NCBI GenBank assembly: GCA_046546395.1
Contig: JBKGXW010000001.1
Coordinates: 29,599 to 93,598, forward strand
Source of the DNA: Halanaerobiales bacterium
GTDB taxonomy: Bacteria > Bacillota > Halanaerobiia > Halanaerobiales > DTU029
DNA length: 64,000 nucleotides
Direction: 5' to 3'
In this document: positions 39,397-47,755 of the stretch, one piece after another
Layout: each line of letters starts with the position of its first letter
Position numbering within the stretch: the first letter of the stretch is position 1
Notes under the pieces: generated by a model
The model's input: only the letters and a program-made list of their open reading frames with translations
What the model was told of the DNA's origin: nothing
Databases searched by the model: none
Translations under genes and position numbers: made by a program

Positions 39397-40351
39397 TTAT
39401 AACCGTTCGCAAATTAAGTGGGGAATTATACTAATAGGACTTGGTATCTTATTTTTACTGAGTACCATGGGAGTTATCAGAAATTTTAACTGGAGAGCCC
39501 TTCTGCATTTCTGGCCAGTTATTATTATAATTATAGGGTTGAATATTATTTTAAAAAAAACCCCCCTGTGGTGGTTGACTCCGGTAATATTTGTACTGGG
39601 TATAATCGCTCTATTCTTTATCAGCAGTAGTCCTGGATACTATTCTTATGATTATAGCTATAATTATGATTTTGGTTTCAATCCCCCTTTTGTAGAAAGA
39701 GATTTGAATAGACATCAGACAGAGACTGAGTTAGAAAGCGGAATAGAAGAAATGAAGGTAGAATTAAATTTTAGCGCAGGTAGATTGACCCTGGATACAG
39801 TTAGAGATGAAAGAAATCTTTATGAAGCTAATTTAAAGACCCGGCATGATCGACCTGCTATAGATTATTCCTATGATGAAGGAGAGGGGACTGCAAGTTT
39901 AGTAATTAAACAACCCGAGAGAAGAGAGAGGCTTTTTAATGTTTCTGGCAGAAATGATTGGAAGATATATCTCTCAAGCAAGATTCCTCTAGATATAAAG
40001 GTGAACGCAGGTGCAGGTGAGTTTCGTTTTGACCTGGAAGAATTAAGGATTAAGGATTTGACAATCAATAGTGGCGCAGGTGATCTGGACATAAATCTGG
40101 GCACTTTTACGCGAAATTTGACATTAAATTCAGGAGCGGCTAATATTGATCTAAATATACCAGATGGTAAAGCTGTTAGATTAAAAACGGATGGTATTAT
40201 CAGCAATAATAATTTTACTAATAAGGGACTGGTTAAACAAAATAACAATCTATATCAGACGCCTGATTATGAAGAATCTGAGGACGGTTTGTATATCCAG
40301 ATTAATACGCCTGCCAGTAATATTGATCTTGATTTCTATAGGGCTAATTAA
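39389..40351 (+). CDS. Membrane protein with N-terminal LiaI/LiaF-like TM region and C-terminal toastrack (DUF2154/DUF4097-like) beta-helix
   Basis: Three to four N-terminal TM helices. The C-terminus carries repeated beta-helix rungs NAGAGEFRFDL / NSGAGDLDINL / NSGAANIDLNI. The start overlaps the PspC-gene stop. Confidence 0.65.
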   Translation: MSNYNRSQIKWGIILIGLGILFLLSTMGVIRNFNWRALLHFWPVIIIIIGLNIILKKTPLWWLTPVIFVLGIIALFFISSSPGYYSYDYSYNYDFGFNPPFVERDLNRHQTETELESGIEEMKVELNFSAGRLTLDTVRDERNLYEANLKTRHDRPAIDYSYDEGEGTASLVIKQPERRERLFNVSGRNDWKIYLSSKIPLDIKVNAGAGEFRFDLEELRIKDLTINSGAGDLDINLGTFTRNLTLNSGAANIDLNIPDGKAVRLKTDGIISNNNFTNKGLVKQNNNLYQTPDYEESEDGLYIQINTPASNIDLDFYRAN

Positions 40352-40363
40352 ATATGATGTGCA

Positions 40364-40392
40364 AAGAATGGACTTCGGTCCATTCTTTTTTT
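40364..40392 (+). terminator. Rho-independent terminator
   Basis: Perfect 10-bp stem AAGAATGGAC-TTCG-GTCCATTCTT followed by a T tract. Confidence 0.85.
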
Positions 40393-40479
40393 CTTCCATA
40401 AATTACATTAGTTATACTAAACTAACTTATGTTATAATACTGACATAATGATAAATAATTTAAGATACTAAAATAGGGG

Positions 40480-41265
40480 GTGAAGAGGTTGAGGTTGTTC
40501 AATTCTAAAATAATATTGGTATTGCTTGTGTTCTTGATAGTCTTTCATATAGGAACTGATGGTGTATTCAATTCAAATGTTGTTAATGCTGGTGGATTCT
40601 GGGAAGAACACAGAGGTAGTGTAATGACAGTAATCAAAGGTATGGTTATGTTGTGGATTATTAACCTGATGAGAGAAAATATAGGTGGTAATGAAGATGA
40701 AGATATTCTGACGTCTACTATCAAAAAGGGTCTTAATATAGGAAGTGATTCCTCAGAAGGGATTAATCAGGATGATACTGATAACTCAAATAATGATTCT
40801 TCCAGGGTTAATATTAACAGTCCTGAAAGCAAGAATAATAACAATTCAATTATTAATTACGAATATGTAACTGATGAGGAATTTGATATGCTAAAACACA
40901 TCAATGAAGTCAGGCAGGAAGAGGGTTTGAATTTGCTGGAGCTTGATATGGAACTAACCAGAATAGCCCGAAGAAAAGCTCTGGACATGATTGATAATAA
41001 TTATTTTGATCATAATTCCCCAACCTTAGGTACTCCATTTGATATGATAAAAGCCTATGAAGTTGAATATTCTCTGGCAGGAGAAAACCTGGCTGAATCT
41101 TCTTCTATAGAAGAGGCTTTCAAGTCTTTAATGGCAAGTGAGGACCATCGTAATAATATTTTCAAGTCTCGTTATGACAGGGTTGGTAATGGAATAGTGA
41201 AGAAGGACAATGGTCAATATATTATTGTTCAATTATTTATTGATAGTCCTGACCCTGCTAAATAA
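40480..41265 (+). CDS. CAP/SCP/PR1-like domain protein (YkwD-like), secreted or membrane-anchored
   Basis: N-terminal hydrophobic anchor, an Asn/Ser/Asp-rich linker, and a C-terminal CAP domain (YFDHNSPTLGTPFDM...AGENLA...HRNNI...VGNGI). The exact start is uncertain. Confidence 0.75.
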   Translation: MKRLRLFNSKIILVLLVFLIVFHIGTDGVFNSNVVNAGGFWEEHRGSVMTVIKGMVMLWIINLMRENIGGNEDEDILTSTIKKGLNIGSDSSEGINQDDTDNSNNDSSRVNINSPESKNNNNSIINYEYVTDEEFDMLKHINEVRQEEGLNLLELDMELTRIARRKALDMIDNNYFDHNSPTLGTPFDMIKAYEVEYSLAGENLAESSSIEEAFKSLMASEDHRNNIFKSRYDRVGNGIVKKDNGQYIIVQLFIDSPDPAK

Positions 41266-41432
41266 GAGAGGTGTAAATTATGAGAGATCCAGATAAATAT
41301 GTCTGCTAGATTAACAGGCATATATGAAGGCAGTTATTACCAGATGATTTCTGGAATAACTGCTCTTTTTTATTTAAAAGTTATTTTACTCATTAATGAA
41401 ATGGACGGTGCTATTTTGTTTATCTCTTTATC

Positions 41433-41460
41433 ACACTTTTTTAATATCAACCATATTATA
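41433..41460 (+). promoter_or_regulatory. Sigma-K-like promoter candidate
   Basis: AC (41433-41434), N17, then CATATTATA (41452-41460), compared with consensus AC-N16/17-CATAnnnTA. It shares a CACACTTT -35 context with the 43664 candidate. It lies 24 nt upstream of the ATG at 41484. Confidence 0.35.
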
Positions 41461-41483
41461 TATAGGAGAGAAGGAAGTGATGT

Positions 41484-42923
41484 ATGTTGTTCAGCTGGAC
41501 ATTATTAATAATAATCTTGATGGCTTTTATAATAGGTTTTTACTATTTATATAATTATAAAAGTTTTTATAATGAGCAAGAAATAGAAAGGAATAAAGGA
41601 GGGGGAGGGATGCTCCAGATACATGATGTGGAAGAGTTAGAATTAATCAAGGTCCCTGTAGTTATAGGGGAGAATGTTACTCAAAGAATGGAAGTGACTG
41701 ATTTAAAACTTAATATGCCTGCGATTAAGGTCAGGGATATTAATGCCAGGATTCAAAATATACAGTCTGAGGTAGTAGATGACAGGGTAATTATTCAGGC
41801 AGATATATATAAACAGATTTTTTATGTAGGAACAGATGATATTATTCATTATCAATCTGCAAACGTTCAATTCAGCACCTTTATAGATGTCCCTGGTGCT
41901 GAACCGGGTATGGAACTGGTGATTGAACCAAGTATCGAACATACTATTGGTAAATTAAGTGCAGACGGTACTATGCTCCATGAAAAAATATTGATACAAT
42001 TTTTTGTAAAAGTACTTTCTGTACAACAGTTAATGATAGAAGTTGGCTCTGGGCCCTTAGTAAAAGTAGAACGTGTTGTCGGAGAAAATACCGTAGAAAA
42101 GATGATCAGGAGTAATCTAACACTGGCAGTGGAGGCCAGTAAAATAGTAGATATTATTACTGAAGTGAAGGGGTTAGAGACTGAGGTTGTTAATGACAAA
42201 GTAATTATACAGGGGCTTGTACATAATCAACTTTTTTATATTGGAGAGGATGATGTAGAGCATCTTAAGGGTGAAGATATACCATTTACTGAATTTCTAG
42301 ATCTCCCGGGTGTAGAAACAGGGATGAATGTTCAGCTTTATCCTGCTGTAGAAAATATCAGGCAGGATTTAAGCACTGATAGGCTTAACATTACACAGGA
42401 AGTTCTAATGGAATTATTTGTGAAAGTTACTGAGAAAGTACAGATAAATGTAGTAACCGGGGATGATTCTATGGTTATGTTGCCAGAAGTAATAGGCGAG
42501 AATGTAAAACAGATTACAGATGAAACCACAATGAAGCTTGAGCAGAAGGCTCTTAATGTAAGAGAGATTAGTGCTTCGTTGGAGGATCTAAATGTAGTTG
42601 TTATTAATGACAAGGTAATTATTCATGGAAATATACATAAAACTGCCTTCTATATCGGGAAAGATAATATAGAGTACCATCAGGCTGAAATAATACCATA
42701 TAATACATTTGTAAATGTAATAGGAGCAAAACCTGGGATGAATGTAGAGATAACACCTACTATTACTTTTTCTCAACCAGTATTATCAGGAGAGGGAGGA
42801 TTTTTAACTCAGAAAGTAATTGGAGATATCTTTATTAAGGTAACAGATGATATTCAATTCAGGGTAAGCGAAGTAGGACCATATGAAGCATATAATATAA
42901 AGCCTGATTTCACAAAAAGTTAA
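41484..42923 (+). CDS. Triple DUF3794 (SipL/SPOCS-like) repeat protein with predicted N-terminal TM anchor
   Basis: Three ~135-aa internal repeats share V(V/I)GEN.V...DKVIIQG...FY(I/V)G.DD......F..F(L/I)D(V/L)PG.E.GM. A strong alternative start at ATG 41610 (after AAAGGAGGGGGAGGG) would remove the TM segment. Confidence 0.8.
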   Translation: MLFSWTLLIIILMAFIIGFYYLYNYKSFYNEQEIERNKGGGGMLQIHDVEELELIKVPVVIGENVTQRMEVTDLKLNMPAIKVRDINARIQNIQSEVVDDRVIIQADIYKQIFYVGTDDIIHYQSANVQFSTFIDVPGAEPGMELVIEPSIEHTIGKLSADGTMLHEKILIQFFVKVLSVQQLMIEVGSGPLVKVERVVGENTVEKMIRSNLTLAVEASKIVDIITEVKGLETEVVNDKVIIQGLVHNQLFYIGEDDVEHLKGEDIPFTEFLDLPGVETGMNVQLYPAVENIRQDLSTDRLNITQEVLMELFVKVTEKVQINVVTGDDSMVMLPEVIGENVKQITDETTMKLEQKALNVREISASLEDLNVVVINDKVIIHGNIHKTAFYIGKDNIEYHQAEIIPYNTFVNVIGAKPGMNVEITPTITFSQPVLSGEGGFLTQKVIGDIFIKVTDDIQFRVSEVGPYEAYNIKPDFTKS

Positions 42924-42996
42924 AACTGTTCTATTAATATTGGTGGAAGACAGACCAGGGATTAATTTCAGGGAAAATTAATGTTAATAATAATTT

Positions 42997-43025
42997 ATAA
43001 GCCTGGATCTAAGCTCCAGGCTTAT
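42997..43025. terminator. Bidirectional hairpin between convergent genes
   Basis: Perfect 11-bp stem ATAAGCCTGGA-TCTAAGC-TCCAGGCTTAT. The flanks are A/T-rich rather than clean U tracts. Confidence 0.65.
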
Positions 43026-43130
43026 AATAGGTTAAATATCTTACTTTTGATAGTTTTCAGATTCAAGAGGATTATTTTGCGATTTTAATAAAAATGAAGG
43101 TGAAAGCGAGGAGAAGAATTAGGTAAAGAC

Positions 43131-43562
43131 TTACAAGTTCCGGGTAGGTTCATTGACATGAGCTATATCTAATCTTTCACTTGTTTCTCCGTTATATAAA
43201 ATAAATAAAACCTGATCTTTATAGAAGTATTTTGTAGTAACAGTAAAAAGTTGATATGTTCCACTTTCTACTTCTCCTACCATAATTACTTCATATCCTC
43301 TATATTTTACTAGATCTGCTGTTCCGTTTTTTATTATTACTGCAAGCTCCCCTTTGCTAATACTATAGTTCTCATTATATTGTAGAAAAGCCAATTTTTT
43401 CTTTAATCTTTCTTCTTCCAGATAAGTATATACATTGGCTCTGGTCGTTCCTGAAGTTCTTTTTGTATCCCATGTTTTTTCATTATAGCGGTCCAGTGGT
43501 ATATATTGCACTGCGGGATACTTAAATATCTCCCGGGAATATCCAAATGGCATGATTTTCAC
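43131..43562 (-). CDS. Hypothetical protein (143 aa), no recognised family
   Basis: Clean ORF with GGAGGTG 7 nt upstream of the ATG. It lies between two DUF3794 genes and is preceded by a sigma-K-like promoter. Confidence 0.6.
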   Translation of the reverse strand: MKIMPFGYSREIFKYPAVQYIPLDRYNEKTWDTKRTSGTTRANVYTYLEEERLKKKLAFLQYNENYSISKGELAVIIKNGTADLVKYRGYEVIMVGEVESGTYQLFTVTTKYFYKDQVLFILYNGETSERLDIAHVNEPTRNL

Positions 43563-43571
43563 CTCCAGAAT

Positions 43572-43599
43572 ATTTTATGAGAAATGCAGTCCTGATGTG
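43572..43599 (-). promoter_or_regulatory. Sigma-K-like promoter candidate for the 143-aa orphan gene
   Basis: The minus strand reads AC-N17-CATAAAATA, an exact fit to AC-N17-CATAnnnTA. It ends 4 nt before the GGAGGTG RBS. Confidence 0.35.
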
Positions 43600-43663
43600 C
43601 AAAATATTTTTGTCATAATTAACAATAGAGTTTTATATACATTAGTATAGAAAATAGATTTTC

Positions 43664-43690
43664 ACACTTTAGCTGTTTATGCATATATTA
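43664..43690 (+). promoter_or_regulatory. Sigma-K-like promoter candidate
   Basis: AC (43664-43665), N16, then CATATATTA (43682-43690). It lies 42 nt upstream of the TTG start at 43732. Confidence 0.35.
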
Positions 43691-43731
43691 TAAGTGATAA
43701 GTTTAATAACTTTTAGAAAGGAGGAATCAGA

Positions 43732-45414
43732 TTGGCCGTTAATTTTAATGAAGAGCTGATCAGGGTCGAATACGTTATTGGCGAAGAGACAGTAACAGAA
43801 TCAATTACCGGAACCATAACCATACCTGATGAAAAGCCCCCTGCAGAGAGGATTATTGATGTAAAGGAATTTGGAATAAATAATCTGCAGACCACTATAG
43901 AAGAAGGTGGCGTTGATATAACAGGGGATATTGAGGTAGGTGTGACATACGTAGGAATTGTGGAAGAGACAGAACCTCAACAACCTGTACACTTTGTGCA
44001 TGATACATTGAGAGTTAGCAATTTTGTTGATATTCCTGAAGCAGAGCCAGGTATGAATGTTTTTGTGGATATTACTGTTAGAAGAGTTTCTTTTGATCAG
44101 ATTGATATTCCACCACTTGAACCAGACGAAGATTTCCCGGGGGTAACGACACTTGAGGTTACGGTTGTTATTCAGAAATTTGTCAAGGTTACTGAGTATA
44201 GACAGATTACTGTAATTACCGAAATTACCGGGGTTCCCGAAGAAAATGTAAGAGAGGAACTTCTCAGGATTGAAGATGTTATTGGTGAAAATACAGTAAC
44301 TGTTGTAGTCAGTGGTGAGTTGACACCACCACCTGAATTGGAAAAACCCCCAATAGAAAGAATTCTGAGTGCAACGGCTGAATTGGAAGGTGAAGTTGAG
44401 ACTGACATTACAGAAGATGGTGTAATTATTGATGGTGAAATTTTTGCTGGAGTAATGTATGTCGGTATTGTTGAAGAAGACGAACCTCAACAACCAGTGC
44501 ATTTTCTGGAAGATACCTTTAATTTTAGCGAAACAGTCGATGTAGCTGGTGCAGAAGAAGGTATGTCGGCCCACGTTAACCTGGCAATTCAGAAGATTTC
44601 ATATGATGAAATATTTGATGAAGACGGTAATATTGTTACAGTTGAAGTAGATGTAGTTCTCCGTATGTTTGTTAAAATTACAGAACCTAAGCAGGTTTCA
44701 GTAATTGTAGATGTTATTAGTGATGAGGTTGAACTTGAAAGGGAGTTGCTCAGGGTAGAGGATGTTGTTGGTGAAGATACAATTCATGAGACAACGACTC
44801 AGAGATTGCTAATACCTGAGGCTGATCCAATCAAACCACCTGCAACAAGAATAATTGATTCACAGGCCAGAATAGTAGATCGCGATGTTACAGTAGAATC
44901 TGGTGGGGTTTTACTTGATATGGTTATTGAAGGAAGTATCATCTATGTAGGAGCCGTGGAAGATACTGAACCGCAGCAACCTGTTCATTTCTATCATGAT
45001 ACATTCCCATATGATAACTTCATCGATATATCTGGTGCAGAGCCCGGTATGAACGCCCATGTCGAAGTTGAGGTAACCAAATCTTCTGCTGAACTTGTTA
45101 ATATAAATGCTGCAGGAAATACCAGACAGGTTGATATCACAGTAGTTATCAGGAAGTTTGCCAAGGTTACTGAATTTAGACAGCTGGAAATTATAACTGA
45201 TATCATAGTTGTATCTCCGGCCGCCGATGGAGAATGTCCACCATCTTATGTAGTCTATGTAGTTCAGGCTGGGGATACATTATACAAAATCTCCAGAAGA
45301 TATAGAACAACTGTGGATGCATTGATTCAGGCTAACCCTGATATAAATCCAAACAACCTACAGGTAGGTCAGAAAATCTGTGTACCAAGTGAAATTATCA
45401 GTCCGCGAGGATAA
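43732..45414 (+). CDS. Triple DUF3794 (SipL/SPOCS-like) repeat protein with C-terminal LysM domain
   Basis: Three ~185-aa repeats each contain EL(I/L)R(V/I)E.V(I/V)GE.T, Y VG(I/A)VE(E/D)(T/D)EPQQPVHF and (A)E(P/E)GM. The C-terminus YVVQAGDTLYKISRRYRTTVDALIQANPDINPNNLQVGQKICVP is a LysM domain. The TTG start follows AAAGGAGG. Confidence 0.85.
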   Translation: MAVNFNEELIRVEYVIGEETVTESITGTITIPDEKPPAERIIDVKEFGINNLQTTIEEGGVDITGDIEVGVTYVGIVEETEPQQPVHFVHDTLRVSNFVDIPEAEPGMNVFVDITVRRVSFDQIDIPPLEPDEDFPGVTTLEVTVVIQKFVKVTEYRQITVITEITGVPEENVREELLRIEDVIGENTVTVVVSGELTPPPELEKPPIERILSATAELEGEVETDITEDGVIIDGEIFAGVMYVGIVEEDEPQQPVHFLEDTFNFSETVDVAGAEEGMSAHVNLAIQKISYDEIFDEDGNIVTVEVDVVLRMFVKITEPKQVSVIVDVISDEVELERELLRVEDVVGEDTIHETTTQRLLIPEADPIKPPATRIIDSQARIVDRDVTVESGGVLLDMVIEGSIIYVGAVEDTEPQQPVHFYHDTFPYDNFIDISGAEPGMNAHVEVEVTKSSAELVNINAAGNTRQVDITVVIRKFAKVTEFRQLEIITDIIVVSPAADGECPPSYVVYVVQAGDTLYKISRRYRTTVDALIQANPDINPNNLQVGQKICVPSEIISPRG

Positions 45415-45422
45415 GACGATAA

Positions 45423-45458
45423 GGACTGTGGGGCATTAACCTACAGTTCTTTTTTTTT
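45423..45458 (+). terminator. Rho-independent terminator
   Basis: GGACTGTGGG ... CCTACAGTTC stem (with G-U pairs) followed by T9. Confidence 0.75.
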
Positions 45459-45775
45459 GATCTAATTATATTTCTTTATAGAAAACAAAATATTTCTATA
45501 AGTTAATAGAATGAAAGCATAAGGTCATATATTCTTTATATAGAGTAGATGGCCTTAATTTTTTTCGAGAGTAAACTGTTATTAATACTCCAGAGCGTGT
45601 TCTTTTGGTTATCCTGTAGGGAAGACTTTCTTTGAAACTAGACTTCACTTTATCTTGTAAACTATATGGATATTCTAACTTTAATCACAAATTCTAAATT
45701 ATTGGCATACATTAATAGTGATAAAACTTCTAGTCGATCCAGCCAATGCCTGGAGTTATTTACCACAGTCAATTT

Positions 45776-45784
45776 CATATATTA
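45776..45784 (+). promoter_or_regulatory. Sigma-K-like -10 box (no matching -35)
   Basis: CATATATTA is identical to the -10 candidate at 43682, and both continue as CATATATTATAA. There is no AC at the expected -35 distance. Confidence 0.2.
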
Positions 45785-45816
45785 TAAATAAGAAAGATCA
45801 ACGGGGAGGATTGAAA

Positions 45817-45909
45817 ATGGCTGAAAACAAGAAGAAATCACCTAAAAGCAAAAAGGTGAATGTTAGACCTCATAAGATTAAAAAAGCAATTAAAATTAAA
45901 AAAGCATAG
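45817..45909 (+). CDS. Putative 30-aa lysine-rich peptide
   Basis: MAENKKKSPKSKKVNVRPHKIKKAIKIKKA. The ATG lies 7 nt after GGGGAGGA. The stop lies 14 nt before the next gene, which has its own RBS. The ORF is short and low-complexity, so this call is tentative. Confidence 0.35.
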   Translation: MAENKKKSPKSKKVNVRPHKIKKAIKIKKA

Positions 45910-45923
45910 AAAGGAGGTTAGTT

Positions 45924-47456
45924 ATGCCGCAGCAATTGCGTATTGACGAAACAATTGTTTCCAGAGTACTGGAAACTGAAATAATCAAAAATCTGGGAAT
46001 ACCCTCCCAATTACCTGATGTGGAAAGGGTAGTCAGCGTTAATGCCAGAGTTGAAATAAGCAGCATTGAACTTGAAACAGGTTCTGTTGTGATTAATGGG
46101 ATTATCAGGGCTACTGTATATTATGCCTCTCAGGATGATCCATCTGATGTAATAAGTGTCAGGAGGAACTTTACTTTTTCAGATAGAATTGCTGTTGCTG
46201 GAGCTAGACGGGGACTTGACGCAGACGCAGAAGTACTTATCACAGATATAGATTTCAATGTAGTTAATAATCGAACTATTGGACTTGAATTCACATTAAC
46301 TATTGACCTTGACCTGACTGCGCCTGATACTGTACCATTGATTGAAGAAAGAGAGGATGTAGATATTCGGCGTGAAAGATTTAGAATACAGCGTAGTATC
46401 AGGGAAAGAAACTATACAAGAGAACTTGTAGAAACTATTAGAATTGATACAGATATGCCAAATATAAGAAGAGTTGTTGATGTAGATAATAGTATCCAGA
46501 TATCAGAAATAACCACTAATTATGACAGAGTAAGGGTTCGAGGAATAATAGATAGTGACTTATTATATGTAGATCAGAATGGACAACTGGAATACGAGGA
46601 TCTTACGTATGGTTTTAATGAGTCTTTTTCATTTACTGGAGTAACACCTGATATGGATGCTTATGTTGAAACCAATATTATCAGCGAGGAAGTAGAATTA
46701 ATAGATAGACGAAGGGTCAGGATAACTTCAGAAGTAATCTTTACCATACTGGTAATTGAAGAGGAATTAGTTGAAATACCGACTGATATTGTTAGCCCTG
46801 TAGACAGGGTATCTCCGGTTAGAAGGAATGTTATAGTAGAAAGGGTCGTTGTTGAGGAAAGGACCAGAGTTTCCGCCAGAGATAGGGTGACTATTCCCCA
46901 GGGTAATCCTGATATTGCACGTGTTATCAGTGCAAGTGGCAATATTCGAGGAGGTAGTATTGAGGTAGATGCTCAAAACGGTGGGGTTTTAGTAAGTGGT
47001 GTTATTGATGCTAATATCATTTATGTGGCAGACTTAGAAGATCAACCTGTCTACTTTGCACCTGCTACCGTTACATTTAGTACTTTTATAGATATTCCTG
47101 AAGTGGAGACAGATATGCAGGCTTATGCTGATATAGATCTTAACAGAATAACTGCTTCTGGAATAAATGAAAGGGAAATAAGTGTCAGGGCCATTCTTGA
47201 TGTTAACTTACTTGTAACAGAAAGGGTACGTGTCCCTGTAATAACAAGTATTTCAGATCGTCCTACACAACAGCCGGAGCAACCAGCGGCACCTGCGCCT
47301 GGTCAGCAAGTCACCTATGTTGTCCAATCGGGTGACACTCTTTATCTTATTGCTCAAAAGTTCAGTGTAACAGTTGATAGAATAATTTCAGTTAATAATA
47401 TAACTAATCCAGGGAATTTACAGGTAGGACAGCGCCTGATAATACCAGGAGATTAG
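45924..47456 (+). CDS. DUF3794 (SipL/SPOCS-like) repeat protein with C-terminal LysM domain
   Basis: Three divergent DUF3794-type modules (for example V.INGIIRATVYYA, VRGIIDSDLLYVD and VSGVIDANIIYVA, each followed by F..F...(A/T)...(L/M)DA). A Pro/Gln linker precedes the LysM domain YVVQSGDTLYLIAQKFSVTVDRIISVNNITNPGNLQVGQRLIIP. Confidence 0.85.
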   Translation: MPQQLRIDETIVSRVLETEIIKNLGIPSQLPDVERVVSVNARVEISSIELETGSVVINGIIRATVYYASQDDPSDVISVRRNFTFSDRIAVAGARRGLDADAEVLITDIDFNVVNNRTIGLEFTLTIDLDLTAPDTVPLIEEREDVDIRRERFRIQRSIRERNYTRELVETIRIDTDMPNIRRVVDVDNSIQISEITTNYDRVRVRGIIDSDLLYVDQNGQLEYEDLTYGFNESFSFTGVTPDMDAYVETNIISEEVELIDRRRVRITSEVIFTILVIEEELVEIPTDIVSPVDRVSPVRRNVIVERVVVEERTRVSARDRVTIPQGNPDIARVISASGNIRGGSIEVDAQNGGVLVSGVIDANIIYVADLEDQPVYFAPATVTFSTFIDIPEVETDMQAYADIDLNRITASGINEREISVRAILDVNLLVTERVRVPVITSISDRPTQQPEQPAAPAPGQQVTYVVQSGDTLYLIAQKFSVTVDRIISVNNITNPGNLQVGQRLIIPGD

Positions 47457-47529
47457 AAGGATATAAACCTGTTTGCAAAACCTATATATCTTGCTCTCTT
47501 AAAGTAAAAATAAAAGGAAATACTATTTT

Positions 47530-47561
47530 ACAAGTCATTGCTTGATGATTTGTTTTTTTTT
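47530..47561 (+). terminator. Rho-independent terminator
   Basis: ACAAGTCAT ... ATGATTTGT stem (one G-U pair) followed by T9. Confidence 0.7.
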
Positions 47562-47755
47562 GCAATTAGATAATCGAGATGCTTTTTATACTTGTTTGGC
47601 AATTCAGATAAACCTCTCCACACTGAATACAATCTAGAGAATTATATATATTTCCTTAGAGGGTTAAGAAGAACAGAAATTAAAAAAAGATGAAGCTTTA
47701 AGAGCATGAAAAGCACTAGAATGGTTATAATATAACCTGAGGTGATTATTAGTAA

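Noticed and set aside
41299-41508. 69-aa ORF upstream of and overlapping the first DUF3794 gene
   Set aside because: It has no RBS and no family resemblance. It runs across the predicted promoter and start of the downstream gene.
43801-44574. 257-aa ORF antisense to the second DUF3794-LysM gene (and the 78-aa and 70-aa antisense ORFs at 44172-44408 and 44994-45206)
   Set aside because: The translation is low-complexity (N/F/I/K/C-rich) with no RBS. It lies wholly inside a gene whose sense strand shows clear repeated-domain conservation. It is most likely a shadow ORF created by the GAA/GTT-rich codon usage of the sense frame.
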